This document shows positions 54,111 through 64,000 of a stretch of DNA of 64,000 nt, in pieces. The translations under genes and the position numbers were made by a program. This DNA comes from Camelus dromedarius (lineage: Eukaryota), in assembly GCF_036321535.1 (NCBI RefSeq), contig NC_087437.1:60762001-60826000 (forward strand). Reading direction: 5' to 3'. Under the pieces are notes generated by a model. That model was not told the DNA's origin. It did not search any database and saw only the letters and a list, made by a program, of their open reading frames with translations. Positions within the stretch are counted from its first letter, which is position 1. Each line of letters begins with the position of its first letter.

Positions 54111-55059
54111 CTGAGAAAAAGTGGTAGAACATCATATCAGAAAAGCTATATCTGGACTAGAGTCTAGGCCATCTCTCATGTTGGGATATGAATATTCAAA
54201 ACATTTTAATACACAATGTACGTGATTTGGACCCATCTATCACATGCTGTTTTATTTTAACAGCTTGTTCCAAGTGGATGCTTAAGAAATTATAAAGTTA
54301 TAAAAACTGTACAGAAGTTGAGCATGACTTCTTAACAAATCCCATTACTCCAGGGACCTTTTTTTTTTAAATTTAAACTTTTTAAAACTATAATATATAC
54401 TCAGAAAACTGAACAGATCCTAAGCCTATAACTCAGTAAGTTTCCATAGAGAAAACACACCCAAGTAAAGAACTCTCAGACCAAAAAAACAAACAATTCC
54501 AGAACCCCATTTGCTCTCTCAGGATGGGGCACTTTTCCAAACTTTATATAGGGTAAGTAAAAGCTACCACTAAAAGAAACAGAAAACTAGGTTAGATAAA
54601 CAAACCCCACATGGTTGAATATTTTTTTATTTTCTCATCATAAAATATATGACAGTAGCAAATGTATAGTTAAAAACTTCCTATCTGCCAGTCTTTAGTA
54701 ACAGTGCTATTGACTTTTGTAAACATTTTAATTTCCCCAAATTTAGAGACAAAAAGATCTGAATCTGAAGGGGGCTTCTTAAAGTCTTGATTCTAGGAAG
54801 ACTGAAAATGGTGAAAGCATAGTTTTTTAATATACTTAAATCCACACATAAAACAGAAAGAACAATTACACACAAAACCAAAAACTCATAGACAACTTTT
54901 ACAACAAAACTAGGTGATAAAGTATCCCCTTAAACCCCAAAATACATGCAAGTAGAGATAAAACACTAATAGTTAAAATGCTACAATATCAATATGAAAA
55001 AACAGAAAGCAGCAAAGGGGCAATGAGGATCAATGGCTGAAAAAAGAAACGCACCAGAC

Positions 55060-55620
55060 ATTACACACCCACTCATAAAAGAAGACAGCACCACCTATAG
55101 TCTTGCCAAAAGAATCAAACCTGAATCTGATCACACCTCTGGAACCAGTTACCAATTTCCAGGTAATAAAGAACTCAGATGAACTGCATGAGTGTAATTA
55201 CCCAAACCCCAACAATGACAAACTGCAGGTCAAATAACCCAAGTTCTTCAACAGATAATTTTTTTAAAAGAGATAGAGGGGAAACCTGTAAATTAAGACA
55301 CTTAATGGAAATAATTTTTTTAATGGGCAAGACTAAGCTATAGTGTCTAAGAATGCTCACTTTGGTGACAAAAGTATAAAGAAACATAAGGATGTGATTA
55401 AAAGTCAGCAGAGTGGGTTACTCTTAGAGGAAGGGAGGGGGCTATGATTTGGACAGGACACACAGGGCTGCTGCTACGGTGGCTGGCAAAGTCCTGTTTC
55501 TTGACCTGGGTGGTAGTTACAAGAGTATTTGCCTTCTAATAATTCACTAGCCTATATATTTGTAAAGTTTTTCTATATCTGTGCTTTATGTTACAGAGTT
55601 AAAAAGAAAAAAAAAATAAA
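55060..55620 (+). mobile_element. L1MC-type 3' end in a PIGX intron
   Basis: TCTTGCCAAAAGAATCAAACCTGAATCTGATC...GTCCTGTTTCTTGACCTGGGTGGTAGTTACAAG...A-rich end. Confidence 0.7.
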
Positions 55621-55712
55621 TACGATTTTGTTAGTACTGTCCTTGACTTTCAGACTTACCACTATACCTTTATTTTTATTTTCAACCCTCCAAAAAGACT
55701 TGCAACCCTTAC

Positions 55713-55926
55713 CTTGGTCACAATACATCAATAACTCAGGGTTATTGACCACAATAAAGGTTTCTCCATCTTTACTATGTGGCCGATGATAGCGATAGTG
55801 CACAGGCAAAAAAGCTTGGAAACAATCAATGCACTGTGAATCTTGTCTCGCATAAATGAGAACTTCAGATTCTTTGGACAAATAGTTGGGCGCCTCTATA
55901 TTAAAATTTTCTGAAACCATCATTGC
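55713..55926 (-). CDS. PIGX: PIGX internal exon (214 nt), PIG-X/PBN1 domain
   Basis: ttgacag|GCAATG...GACCAAG|gtaagg; translates AMMVSENFNIEAPNYLSKESEVLIYARQDSQCIDCFQAFLPVHYRYHRPHSKDGETFIVVNNPELLMYCDQ. Confidence 0.97.
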
Positions 55927-56574
55927 CTGTCAAAAGGAAAACAAACATTAATCCAAAAGAAGAAATGAATAAGGAACATTTAAAAAACAAAAATAAAACC
56001 AGAAGAACGCTATACAGATGAACAACAACGTCAAACACACTCCCCTTATAAACAATTTCCATTGCCCTTTCATCTTCAGTTTTATGTAGAAAACACAAGA
56101 TGTGATCTGTGTTTAATAAAAGTTTACCAAAAGTAAACTAAGAAAATTACACACTGGAGTGTGAAATTTCCCCATAATAAAGACTTCTCTGTAATTTTCT
56201 TTTCAACCTTTGTTTAGGTAAAAAAACAGGTACCAAGAAAAGAAATTTTGTGAATAAATATAGCATTATTCAACAAGTATGAAAACTATGACAAAAACAG
56301 TTAACTCAGTATTAGGTTAAAATGATTGGTATCTTTCTGGTAATTTCCTGTTCTTCAGAGAAGCAAGTAAGACGGTAGTGAATAAGATAGAGCATTGTGG
56401 TCAGGAAGTCAAAGCAAAGGTCAGCACTCTTTCTATACTGGGTATAAAAAGTTAATGGAAAAAATGGTAAATGATTCTTTTAAAAAATAATATGGTAAAA
56501 AAACATTTTAAAGTAAGTATTCTACACCAAAAGTAAAAATGCACATGTGGCAGAAATCAGTCCTAAATTATAAC

Positions 56575-56691
56575 GTGTGCATGTGTATACATAATATATC
56601 TGTATAAATATGTACATATTTATCTATGAAACCAAATTTACACACGCATACACATACATATACACATGTATATCGACATATACATAATCTG

Positions 56692-56729
<38 letters not shown>

Positions 56730-56745
56730 GTGAATATACATACAC
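56575..56745. repeat. Compound (CA)n/(TA)n/(TG)n microsatellite
   Basis: Read directly from the sequence. Confidence 0.9.
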
Positions 56746-57404
56746 AAGTTTTCTCTAGATTCTCTATGCAAAGCCCTAAGGTATCTCAGAGAAAAAACCA
56801 GCATTAACTTCTACCCACCACAGCAAGCATCCTAATTCTCCTATTTGATAGTGACCAAGTGCTGTATTTTCACATATTCATTATAAGAGTAACAGAACTC
56901 ATTGGCAAAGGTCAAGGAATTATATCATCTTATGAGTCATAAGGAACCTCAGAGGTGATCAAATTAAACCACTGTGCCATTGAGGGTATTTTTCAGGTAT
57001 CCAGCCACTGCTTTAATACTTTCTGTGACTGGAAAGGAGTTCATTACTTTGAGTCATCTCACTTTATGTACCGTTAAAATTATTCCTTTTTTATGAGTAG
57101 AAACTTAATGCTCTGACCCATAACAATTCACCAATTGTCCTTGCTTACAATATCTGCGATAAATATGTTCTTTATTTCACCATGCTGCCTCCACGAAGTT
57201 TTCTCCTCTTCAAAGAAATATTCACAGTTTTCCCAGTTTCTCATGACATGGTTTCCAAACCATTCACCATATCAGTTGCCTTTTGAAATACTCAGAAAAT
57301 AGGAGCAATATTACCTTCTTTGGCAAAAATTGCATTCGCTTTTTAGCAGCCTCATTTCAGTGTGATACATATCTATCTATCTCTCTAACTATATGTTATT
57401 TTTA

Positions 57405-57715
57405 AAAATTAATAGACTTCATTTTTTAGAGCTGTTTTAGGTTTACAGAAAAACTGAGCAGAATACACAGCATTCCCACAGACACCCCCACACACCTCTC
57501 ATATTTTTCTCTATCATTAACATCAGTGTCCTACATTTGTTACAATTGATAAGCCAATGTTGATACATTACTAACTAAAGTCCAAGCTTAAGTTAAGGTT
57601 CACTCTTCATGTTGTACATTCTATGGATTTTGACAAATGTAAAATGATATGTATCCACCATTACAGCATCATACAGAATAGTTTCACTGACCCTGTGCTC
57701 CACCTATTCATCCCT
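57405..57715 (-). mobile_element. L1MB-type 3' end
   Basis: TTAATAGACTTCATTTTTTAGAGCTGTTTTAGGTTTACAGAAAAACTGAGCAGAA...CCTGTGCTCCACCTATTCATCCCT. Confidence 0.85.
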
Positions 57716-58109
57716 ACATTTTTCATTGGAACTTTTTGCAGAAAACTTTAAGTAACCCCTATCCTATTTTTTCAAGTAGCTGACTTTAGATTTATCTCTA
57801 TTAAATTTTATCTTTCTGGCTATAATCCATCTTTTTCTAGGCTGTTGAGATTTAATTGAAATCCCAATCTGTTAACCAACATATATGTAACATTTATGAA
57901 TGTTATGAATGTCTTCTGTATTTTTATCTAAGGATAAAAATGTTAATCAGAAGGCTCACAAGAGCAAAGCCGTAAGGAATTTTACTAAAGAACTCCTGCT
58001 AGAAATTTATTAATGAACTAATTCTCTTTGGGTACAACTAGATAACAAATCAAAATAACATGTAACCCAAATTTTCTATCTTGTCAACAAGGACGTATAT
58101 AATGACCCG

Positions 58110-58332
58110 ATAATAATAAAGATAACTTTCTTTGAGTACTTACTATGTAGCTAGGTATTTCACTAAGTGGTTTATATACATTGTTTCCTTTAATTTTCAC
58201 AAGAACACTATCAAGTAGGAACTCTTAGCTCCATTATATAAATGAGCAAACAAAGTATCAGGGTGGATAAACAATATACTACAGCCAGTAAGTAGAGGAG
58301 CCAAGAGTCAAAGCCAGATCAAACTGACTCCC
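58110..58332 (-). mobile_element. MIR SINE
   Basis: ATAATAATAAAGATAAC...TTGAGTACTTACTATGT...CCAGTAAGTAGAGGAGCCAAGAGTCAAAGCCAG. Confidence 0.75.
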
Positions 58333-58680
58333 CTATTCAATTAGGTTAAATAATATAAAATAGCCAATATTTATCTAGTTGAAAATTAAGTATAAAGTAT
58401 ATTCCTAATTCTGCTATTTAGAATTTATGATGGTACTATGATCTTCAGCTTCTCTAATTATTGAGTTGTTTTGTTTATTTTTTCTATAGAAATAAAAATA
58501 TGGCAACTTCCCAAAATTGAGAATATTTAAAATATGAATTTAAATTGGGATATAATGAAAATGAGGCAGACTGCTGTAAATGGAATTTTGGCCTTCAGAA
58601 AGGGCTCTGTTGGTCAAAGGATTATTTGGTGATGGTTCAAAAATTTTTATTCTGGGTATCTGAATCTCAAAAATCAGCAT

Positions 58681-58837
58681 TACAGGAGTTTTCTTTTGCA
58701 GGTGATGAGAATATTCTGGAATTAGATAGTGGTGATGGTTGTATAACTTTATGAATATGCTAAAAACTACTAAATTATACATTTCAAAAGGGTGACTTAT
58801 GAATTATACCTCAATTTTTAAAATGAGGGTAATTTTT
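58681..58837 (+). mobile_element. Old L1 (L1MB-type) 3' tip inserted in the mariner transposase
   Basis: GGTGATGAGAATATTCTGGAATTAGATAGTGGTGATGGTTGT...GAATTATACCTCAAT; degenerate TSD AAAAATCAGCAT / AAAAATGAACCT. Confidence 0.8.
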
Positions 58838-59630
58838 AAAAATGAACCTCAACAGAGACCCAAATCTACTTTAAAGCAAGATCAAATAAGAACTAGCAGA
58901 AGCTAGCCCATAAACAACAGTCTGAGATCCTAGAGATGACTCAGGAGTTTCGGTTATAAATTTCTTGAAACCTAGCTACAATAGGGAAGGGCAAAAATGT
59001 ACAAGTAGCCACACCAATTGACAAGTGATCATAATCTCAAGATAGTTGGAGGTATGGGTATCACTTTGATTCAAAACAATAGAAAAACAGTTTTGAAAAT
59101 CATAACCTGACAATCAAAAGTGGTCTAGACAATAGCTGGCTGCTGGCAAATCTTCCAAACATGTGCCAAACTGTCAATGCAACTCCTAAAAGTCCAGTGA
59201 TTGTATGCTGATTTGCAAAAATCATAATTCATTATTTCATTATTCCATTTTTACTATGATAAAACAATAGCAATGAATGTTACCAAGAAATTGAAATTAT
59301 GCATCAAAAATTATTCCTAAAGCAACATGCACTGGTAAACAGACAAGGATCTATACTGTTTCTTGACAATATTCAACTACACATGTCATAAACTACCACA
59401 GCAAAGTTAAATGAATTAAACTATGAAATTTTTGTACCATATCTGTAACATTCGACAGGTCTTTCTCATATAGACTAGAGCTCTTAAAAAAAAAAAAAAA
59501 AACACTCCCCAATTAAGACATAGTAATTGGTGTCTGAATAACTTGTATAATCTAAAAATGTAAATCTTTATAAAAATGAAATATATAATACTTTTCTAGC
59601 ATTGGGGTATTGATTCTAATAGTACATTTT

Positions 59631-61845
59631 TTTTTTATAATCAGTCTGGCTAAGGGTTTATCAATTTTATTCATCTAAAAAACCAGCTTTTGGTTTCACT
59701 GATTTTCCCTACTGTGTTTCTGTTTTCTAGTTAATTGATTTCTGCTACAATCTTCATGTTTTTCCATTCTTCTACTTTGGTTTCATGTGCTCTTCTTTTC
59801 ATAGGTTATGGAGGCTTAGCTGAGAACACTGATTGAGACTTTTCTTGTTTCTAAAACATGCATTTTAGAACTACAAATTTCCCCCTAAACACAGCCTTAG
59901 CAGTACCCGATTTTGATATATTGTGTTTTCATTTTTAGTCAGTTTGAAATACTTTATTTCCTTTTTTATTTCTTTTTTGATCCATGGATTACTTAGAAGT
60001 ATGTAAATTAGTTCCCAAATGTTTGACGCTTTTCTGGAGATCTTTCTGTCCTTGATTTTTAACTTAAATTCTAATTTAATTGCTTTTCTAGAGATCTTTT
60101 TGTTTTTGATTTCTAATACAATTCCTTTGTAGTGTGAGAATATTCTTTGTAAGACATGAATTCTTCTAAATTTATTGAGGCTTGTTTTATGGCCTAGAAT
60201 GATCTATTTTTGTAAATGTTCCATTTACACCATAAAAGAATGTGTATTCTGCTGTTGTTGGATGGAGTGTTCTATAAATGCCAATTAGGTCAAGTTGGAT
60301 GATAATTTTGTTCAAATCTTCCATATCCATACCAATTTTGTCTACTTTTTATATCAAATATTGAGAGATATTATCATTTTCTTTCTGCCTGAAGGGCCTC
60401 TTTTAACATTTCTTATATTGAAGGTCTGATGGTGATGAATTCTTTCAGCCTGTATGTCTGAAAAAGTCTTTTATTTCACCTTCACTTTGAAAGGTATTTT
60501 CACTGGATACGGAATTCTAAATTCTGGGTTTTTTTCTTTCAATACTTTAAAGATGGTGCTGCTCTGTTTTCTTGTCTACTCATCCATCAATGGACACTTA
60601 GGTTGTTTCCATACCCTGGCTATTGTTAATAATGCTGTGATGAACATGGGGGTGCACCTATCTCTTAGAAATAGCCCAGTTATACATATGGTAGGCCACT
60701 TGAAGTTGTCCCACAACTCATTAATGCTCCACTCACTTCTTACATTTCTTTTTTTATCTTATCTATTTTACATTTTTGGTAGTTTCTGTTGCTATGATTT
60801 CAAGTTCATTGATCTTTTCTTCTGCGTTTATCTGCCACGAGTTTCATCCAGAATATTTTCTACCTCACACTTTGTATCTTAAACTTTAAAAGTTCAATTG
60901 TTCTTTTACATATCTTCTATTTCTGTACTTAACTTTTTGAACATATGGAATACAGTCATACTGTTTTCTTAGCCTGTTTATTTTGGTATCTGGGTCAGTC
61001 TGGATTAGTTTTGATTGGTCCATTTATCTCCTCATTACAGGTTATATTTTCCCACATCCTTGCATACCTGTTAATTTTTTATTACAGTCAAGACATTGTG
61101 ATTTTCATCTTGTTGGGTGCTAGATATTTCTGTATTCCTATAAATATTCTTGAGCTTTGTTTGGAATGCAGTAAAGGTACTTGCAAACAGTCTAGTTTTT
61201 GGAAGTTCTTGGTTTTAAAATGTGTTAAGTAGGACTGAAGCAATGTTCAGTCTAGGACTGAGTATTCCCCACTACTGAGTAAAAGTTCTTCTGTTGACTC
61301 TATCCAATTCCCAGTGAATTACACGGATTTCCTAGTCTGGCTGGTGGGAACAGGCACTACTACTGGGCCTGTGTGAGATACTGTCACCTCTAATTTTTTC
61401 ATATGGTTCTTTTCCTAGCATCAAGCACTTTGCTCACATGCATGCATTAATCAATACTTAACTACATGCTTAAGAAGAATCTTGCATGGATCTCTGAAGT
61501 TTCTCTCTGTGCAGTTCTCCCCGCTCTGGTACACTGTCTCACGAATTCTAGAGACCATGGTCCTCCCAAAATCTCACTTTCATCTCCTCAACTCATGAAA
61601 TCCACCTGGCTCTGCTTAGGTTCCCTCTTCCTGCATTACAGCCTGAAAACTCTCTCATGCAGTAAGCTGGGACAATCAAAAGGTTCACCTTATCTATTTC
61701 CCATGTCTCAGATATCACTGCCTTCGCTGCCTGATATTCACTTATTTTTTCCATTATTAATATATTTTGTCTATTTCTTGGTTGTTTTAAGTGGGAAAGT
61801 AAATCTGGTCCCTGTTCTCCAACTTGACCAAAGCAGAAATCCTTA
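59631..61845 (-). mobile_element. Old L1 (L1MC/MD-type, 5' portion) inserted in the last codons of the mariner ORF
   Basis: T-rich antisense ORF2-like sequence (CAGTCTGGCTAAGGGTTTATCAATTTTATT...); ends with the L1M 5'-end motif GTAAATCTGGTCCCTGTT...CAGAAAT. Subfamily from memory. Confidence 0.8.
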
Positions 61846-63846
61846 GACTACACATTTTAATTGAGTGAAACTTATGATTTCAAACACATTTCCATTCTGA
61901 CCTACAAAACAGCAATTTCATATGTTTCAACCTAACATTATGCTGTTTCCAAAGAATGTGAGATATTTTGATTAAATTTATCCGTCCTACCTAAAAATGA
62001 AATGAAGTTCATTTGAGGTGCCATGTTGAACCTATTTAAGACTTGTTTTTATTTTCAAATTGCTCACAAGCCAACACGAATTCCCTACAAAATATTTTGC
62101 TGCCTTACTCCCCACTTGATTTGGACCCATATGTACTACAGCCAAAAATTTTATCTCATCTAACATAGTCAAGATATCAATCTAAATACATAACCAATAA
62201 TCATTCCCTATGTATAAATTCCCTTCTATCTAGTTAAACTCACCATAGAATATCACTTCTCCTCAGAAAGAACTGGGCCACAGTGTCAATTCAGGTAGGC
62301 AGAAGGAAATAACATCTAGTACATTAAGCAATCAACTTCCAATTATACAAATGAGACACCTACTTTTCTAGAAACTTCCAAAATGAAAGAGTAAATGTAC
62401 TTCAGAGATTATAATTAGGGATTAGACAATTAGGAAGCAGAAAATCAAGATAAACTTGTCAATCAATCTATAGTCATACCCTTTACCCACTCTATTTTTT
62501 TGTTACAATCTACCTGCATATATCCTTACCTCATCCCAGTCAAAGGTGTGAGTATATGACCTCTTTTTGGGTACTCATAATGCAAAAAAATTCAATTTTA
62601 TTAAAACATGGTAAGCAATTTTATTAAGTAGGTTTAAGTATGTTTCTAATCCATGTCACTACAAGCCAAATTTGAAACATATTATTTAAAAATTAAAAAC
62701 CCTCATTCTGAATTCATGGCTCAGTGAAAAAAAGAAACAAATGAGAAAAAAAAGCAATGGCATCTTCCCACATGTGTAAACGTATCTAAACTCTATATAT
62801 GTGAACATATGTATCTAAACTGTCATATGTACACACAAAAAAACAAAACACAGAAAGAAACTTGGTGACTGGGAGTTAAAATAGGTGAAAGCTTATCATT
62901 GTATACCTTTTTATACCTCCTGAATTTTCAACCATGAGAATGTAATTACCTAGTCAAAACGAAATGTGAACAAATAAAACAGGTGAAGAAACTGGCCTAA
63001 ACCACAATTAGAAATAAACTGCCATCATGGACTCCAAGTGTATCCATTTTGCCTTTTTAAAATTCATAAATAGAATTATGAACTAAGACCATGTTTCCCA
63101 AAATTTCTTTATAGGAATCACTGAGTCATTAACAGATTTTTGGGTCCAATATGACCTGCTGAGTTAAGCTCTCTCAAGAAGACAATGATCTGTACAAAAA
63201 GTGTTCCCAGATGATTCTTATCAAAGTTAGAGAAACTAACTAAGAAGCATGATTCATTTCCAGAAAGAACAACAACTTTGCAATTAGACAATCCTTCATT
63301 CATTTCTTGGCTCTTCTATTTACCTGTAAGTTCTTAGATAAACTATTTAGATTCTTTGTGCCTGTATCTTTATCTACAAAATGGAATACTTCCAAGGTTG
63401 TTATAAAGATTAATTTATGTAAAGGGTGTGGGACATAATCTTTCTTAGAATGCTTAATTTCACCTTGTTTCCTTTAAAAAATATGAAGATATCTGGTATA
63501 TAGATATCCAATATTCATTTCATTTCCTCCCATACCCAAGTGATACACATATTGGGTTATACATCAATTTAACAAAGTTTCTGTTGAAGCAGTATTAATC
63601 ATTAATCTTCTCAAAGACAAGCTTTAACTAATTCAGTTTAGTTGGCTTATTACTGACAAGTATGACAAGTGTCACTTACTTTTTAAAGAATAGTCCCATC
63701 CTATCTAAGAATAATTACTTTTACACACTTAAACAAAAATGAATAAAAAATACTACAATGTTATCTTATCTACTATTTTGTCTTAATCCAAATTATAGCA
63801 TTCCTAAGATAACTTCTCTCTCAAAAACATCCTCTAACAGTTGTAC

Positions 63847-63988
63847 CTCTGTTATGTTTCTCTCTTGTAATGAAGCCAACTCATAAGGATCCACAAAAAG
63901 TCCTGTCGGGATGTACTGTCTAAGTAAGAGTCGGCAAGTCTGTAAGTCCTCAATGCTCTCTCCAAATTTCACTTTTATTAACAGTTCT
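63847..63988 (-). CDS. PIGX: PIGX internal exon (142 nt); upstream exons lie outside the window
   Basis: ttttgcag|AGAACTG...ACAGAG|gtacaa; translates ELLIKVKFGESIEDLQTCRLLLRQYIPTGLFVDPYELASLQERNITE with the PIG-X motif GLFVDPYEL. Confidence 0.96.
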
Positions 63989-64000
63989 CTGCAAAACAAG

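Larger units (their letters stand above)
58341..61935 (+). mobile_element. Near full-length fossil mariner (Tc1/mariner) transposon interrupted by two L1 insertions
   Basis: Left TIR TTAGGTTAAATAATATAAAATAGCCA (58341-58366) and right TIR CAGCAATTTCATATGTTTCAACCTAA (61910-61935) match at 19/26 as inverted repeats. Degenerate transposase from ATG 58500 to TGA 61862-61864 with YEFKLG, WFKNF, PHQLT, ALVNRQGSILFLDN and KLNELNYE motifs. Confidence 0.88.

Noticed and set aside
58500..59630. Mariner ORF as a domesticated SETMAR-like gene
   Set aside because: Multiple stops, frameshifts, loss of the first catalytic Asp region and two L1 insertions show neutral decay.
60454..61846. 95-142 aa hydrophobic + strand ORFs (similar ones at 16749-17383)
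   Set aside because: Antisense readings of T-rich L1 sequence; no independent gene evidence.

Overview
Mammalian genomic DNA, AT-rich with one CpG island, probably a camelid (inferred from tRNA-derived Vic-1-type SINEs and a recurrent lineage-specific L1 3' end). Two genes lie head-to-tail on the minus strand. PIGX contributes its last four coding exons (63847-63988, 55713-55926, 54010-54110, 51183-51326 with the stop). PAK2 follows with a CpG-island promoter, non-coding exon 1 (~47857-48145), exon 2 (ATG at 13116) and exon 3 (61-161); it continues beyond the window. PAK2 intron 1 holds a decayed processed SPAG1 pseudogene abutting an L1. The rest is mostly L1/L2/MIR/LTR/DNA-transposon relics. 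No new functional gene system is supported. The most notable observations are: (1) a near full-length fossil mariner transposon in PIGX intron 3 (58341-61935), with both TIRs and a start-to-stop transposase split by two L1 insertions, whose ends resemble the MADE2 MITE; (2) a clean TSD-flanked L1 3' transduction at 23139-23308; (3) an L1-derived latent 54-nt PIGX exon lacking its AG acceptor. Repeat family names and human comparisons are from memory of consensus sequences, not from searches.
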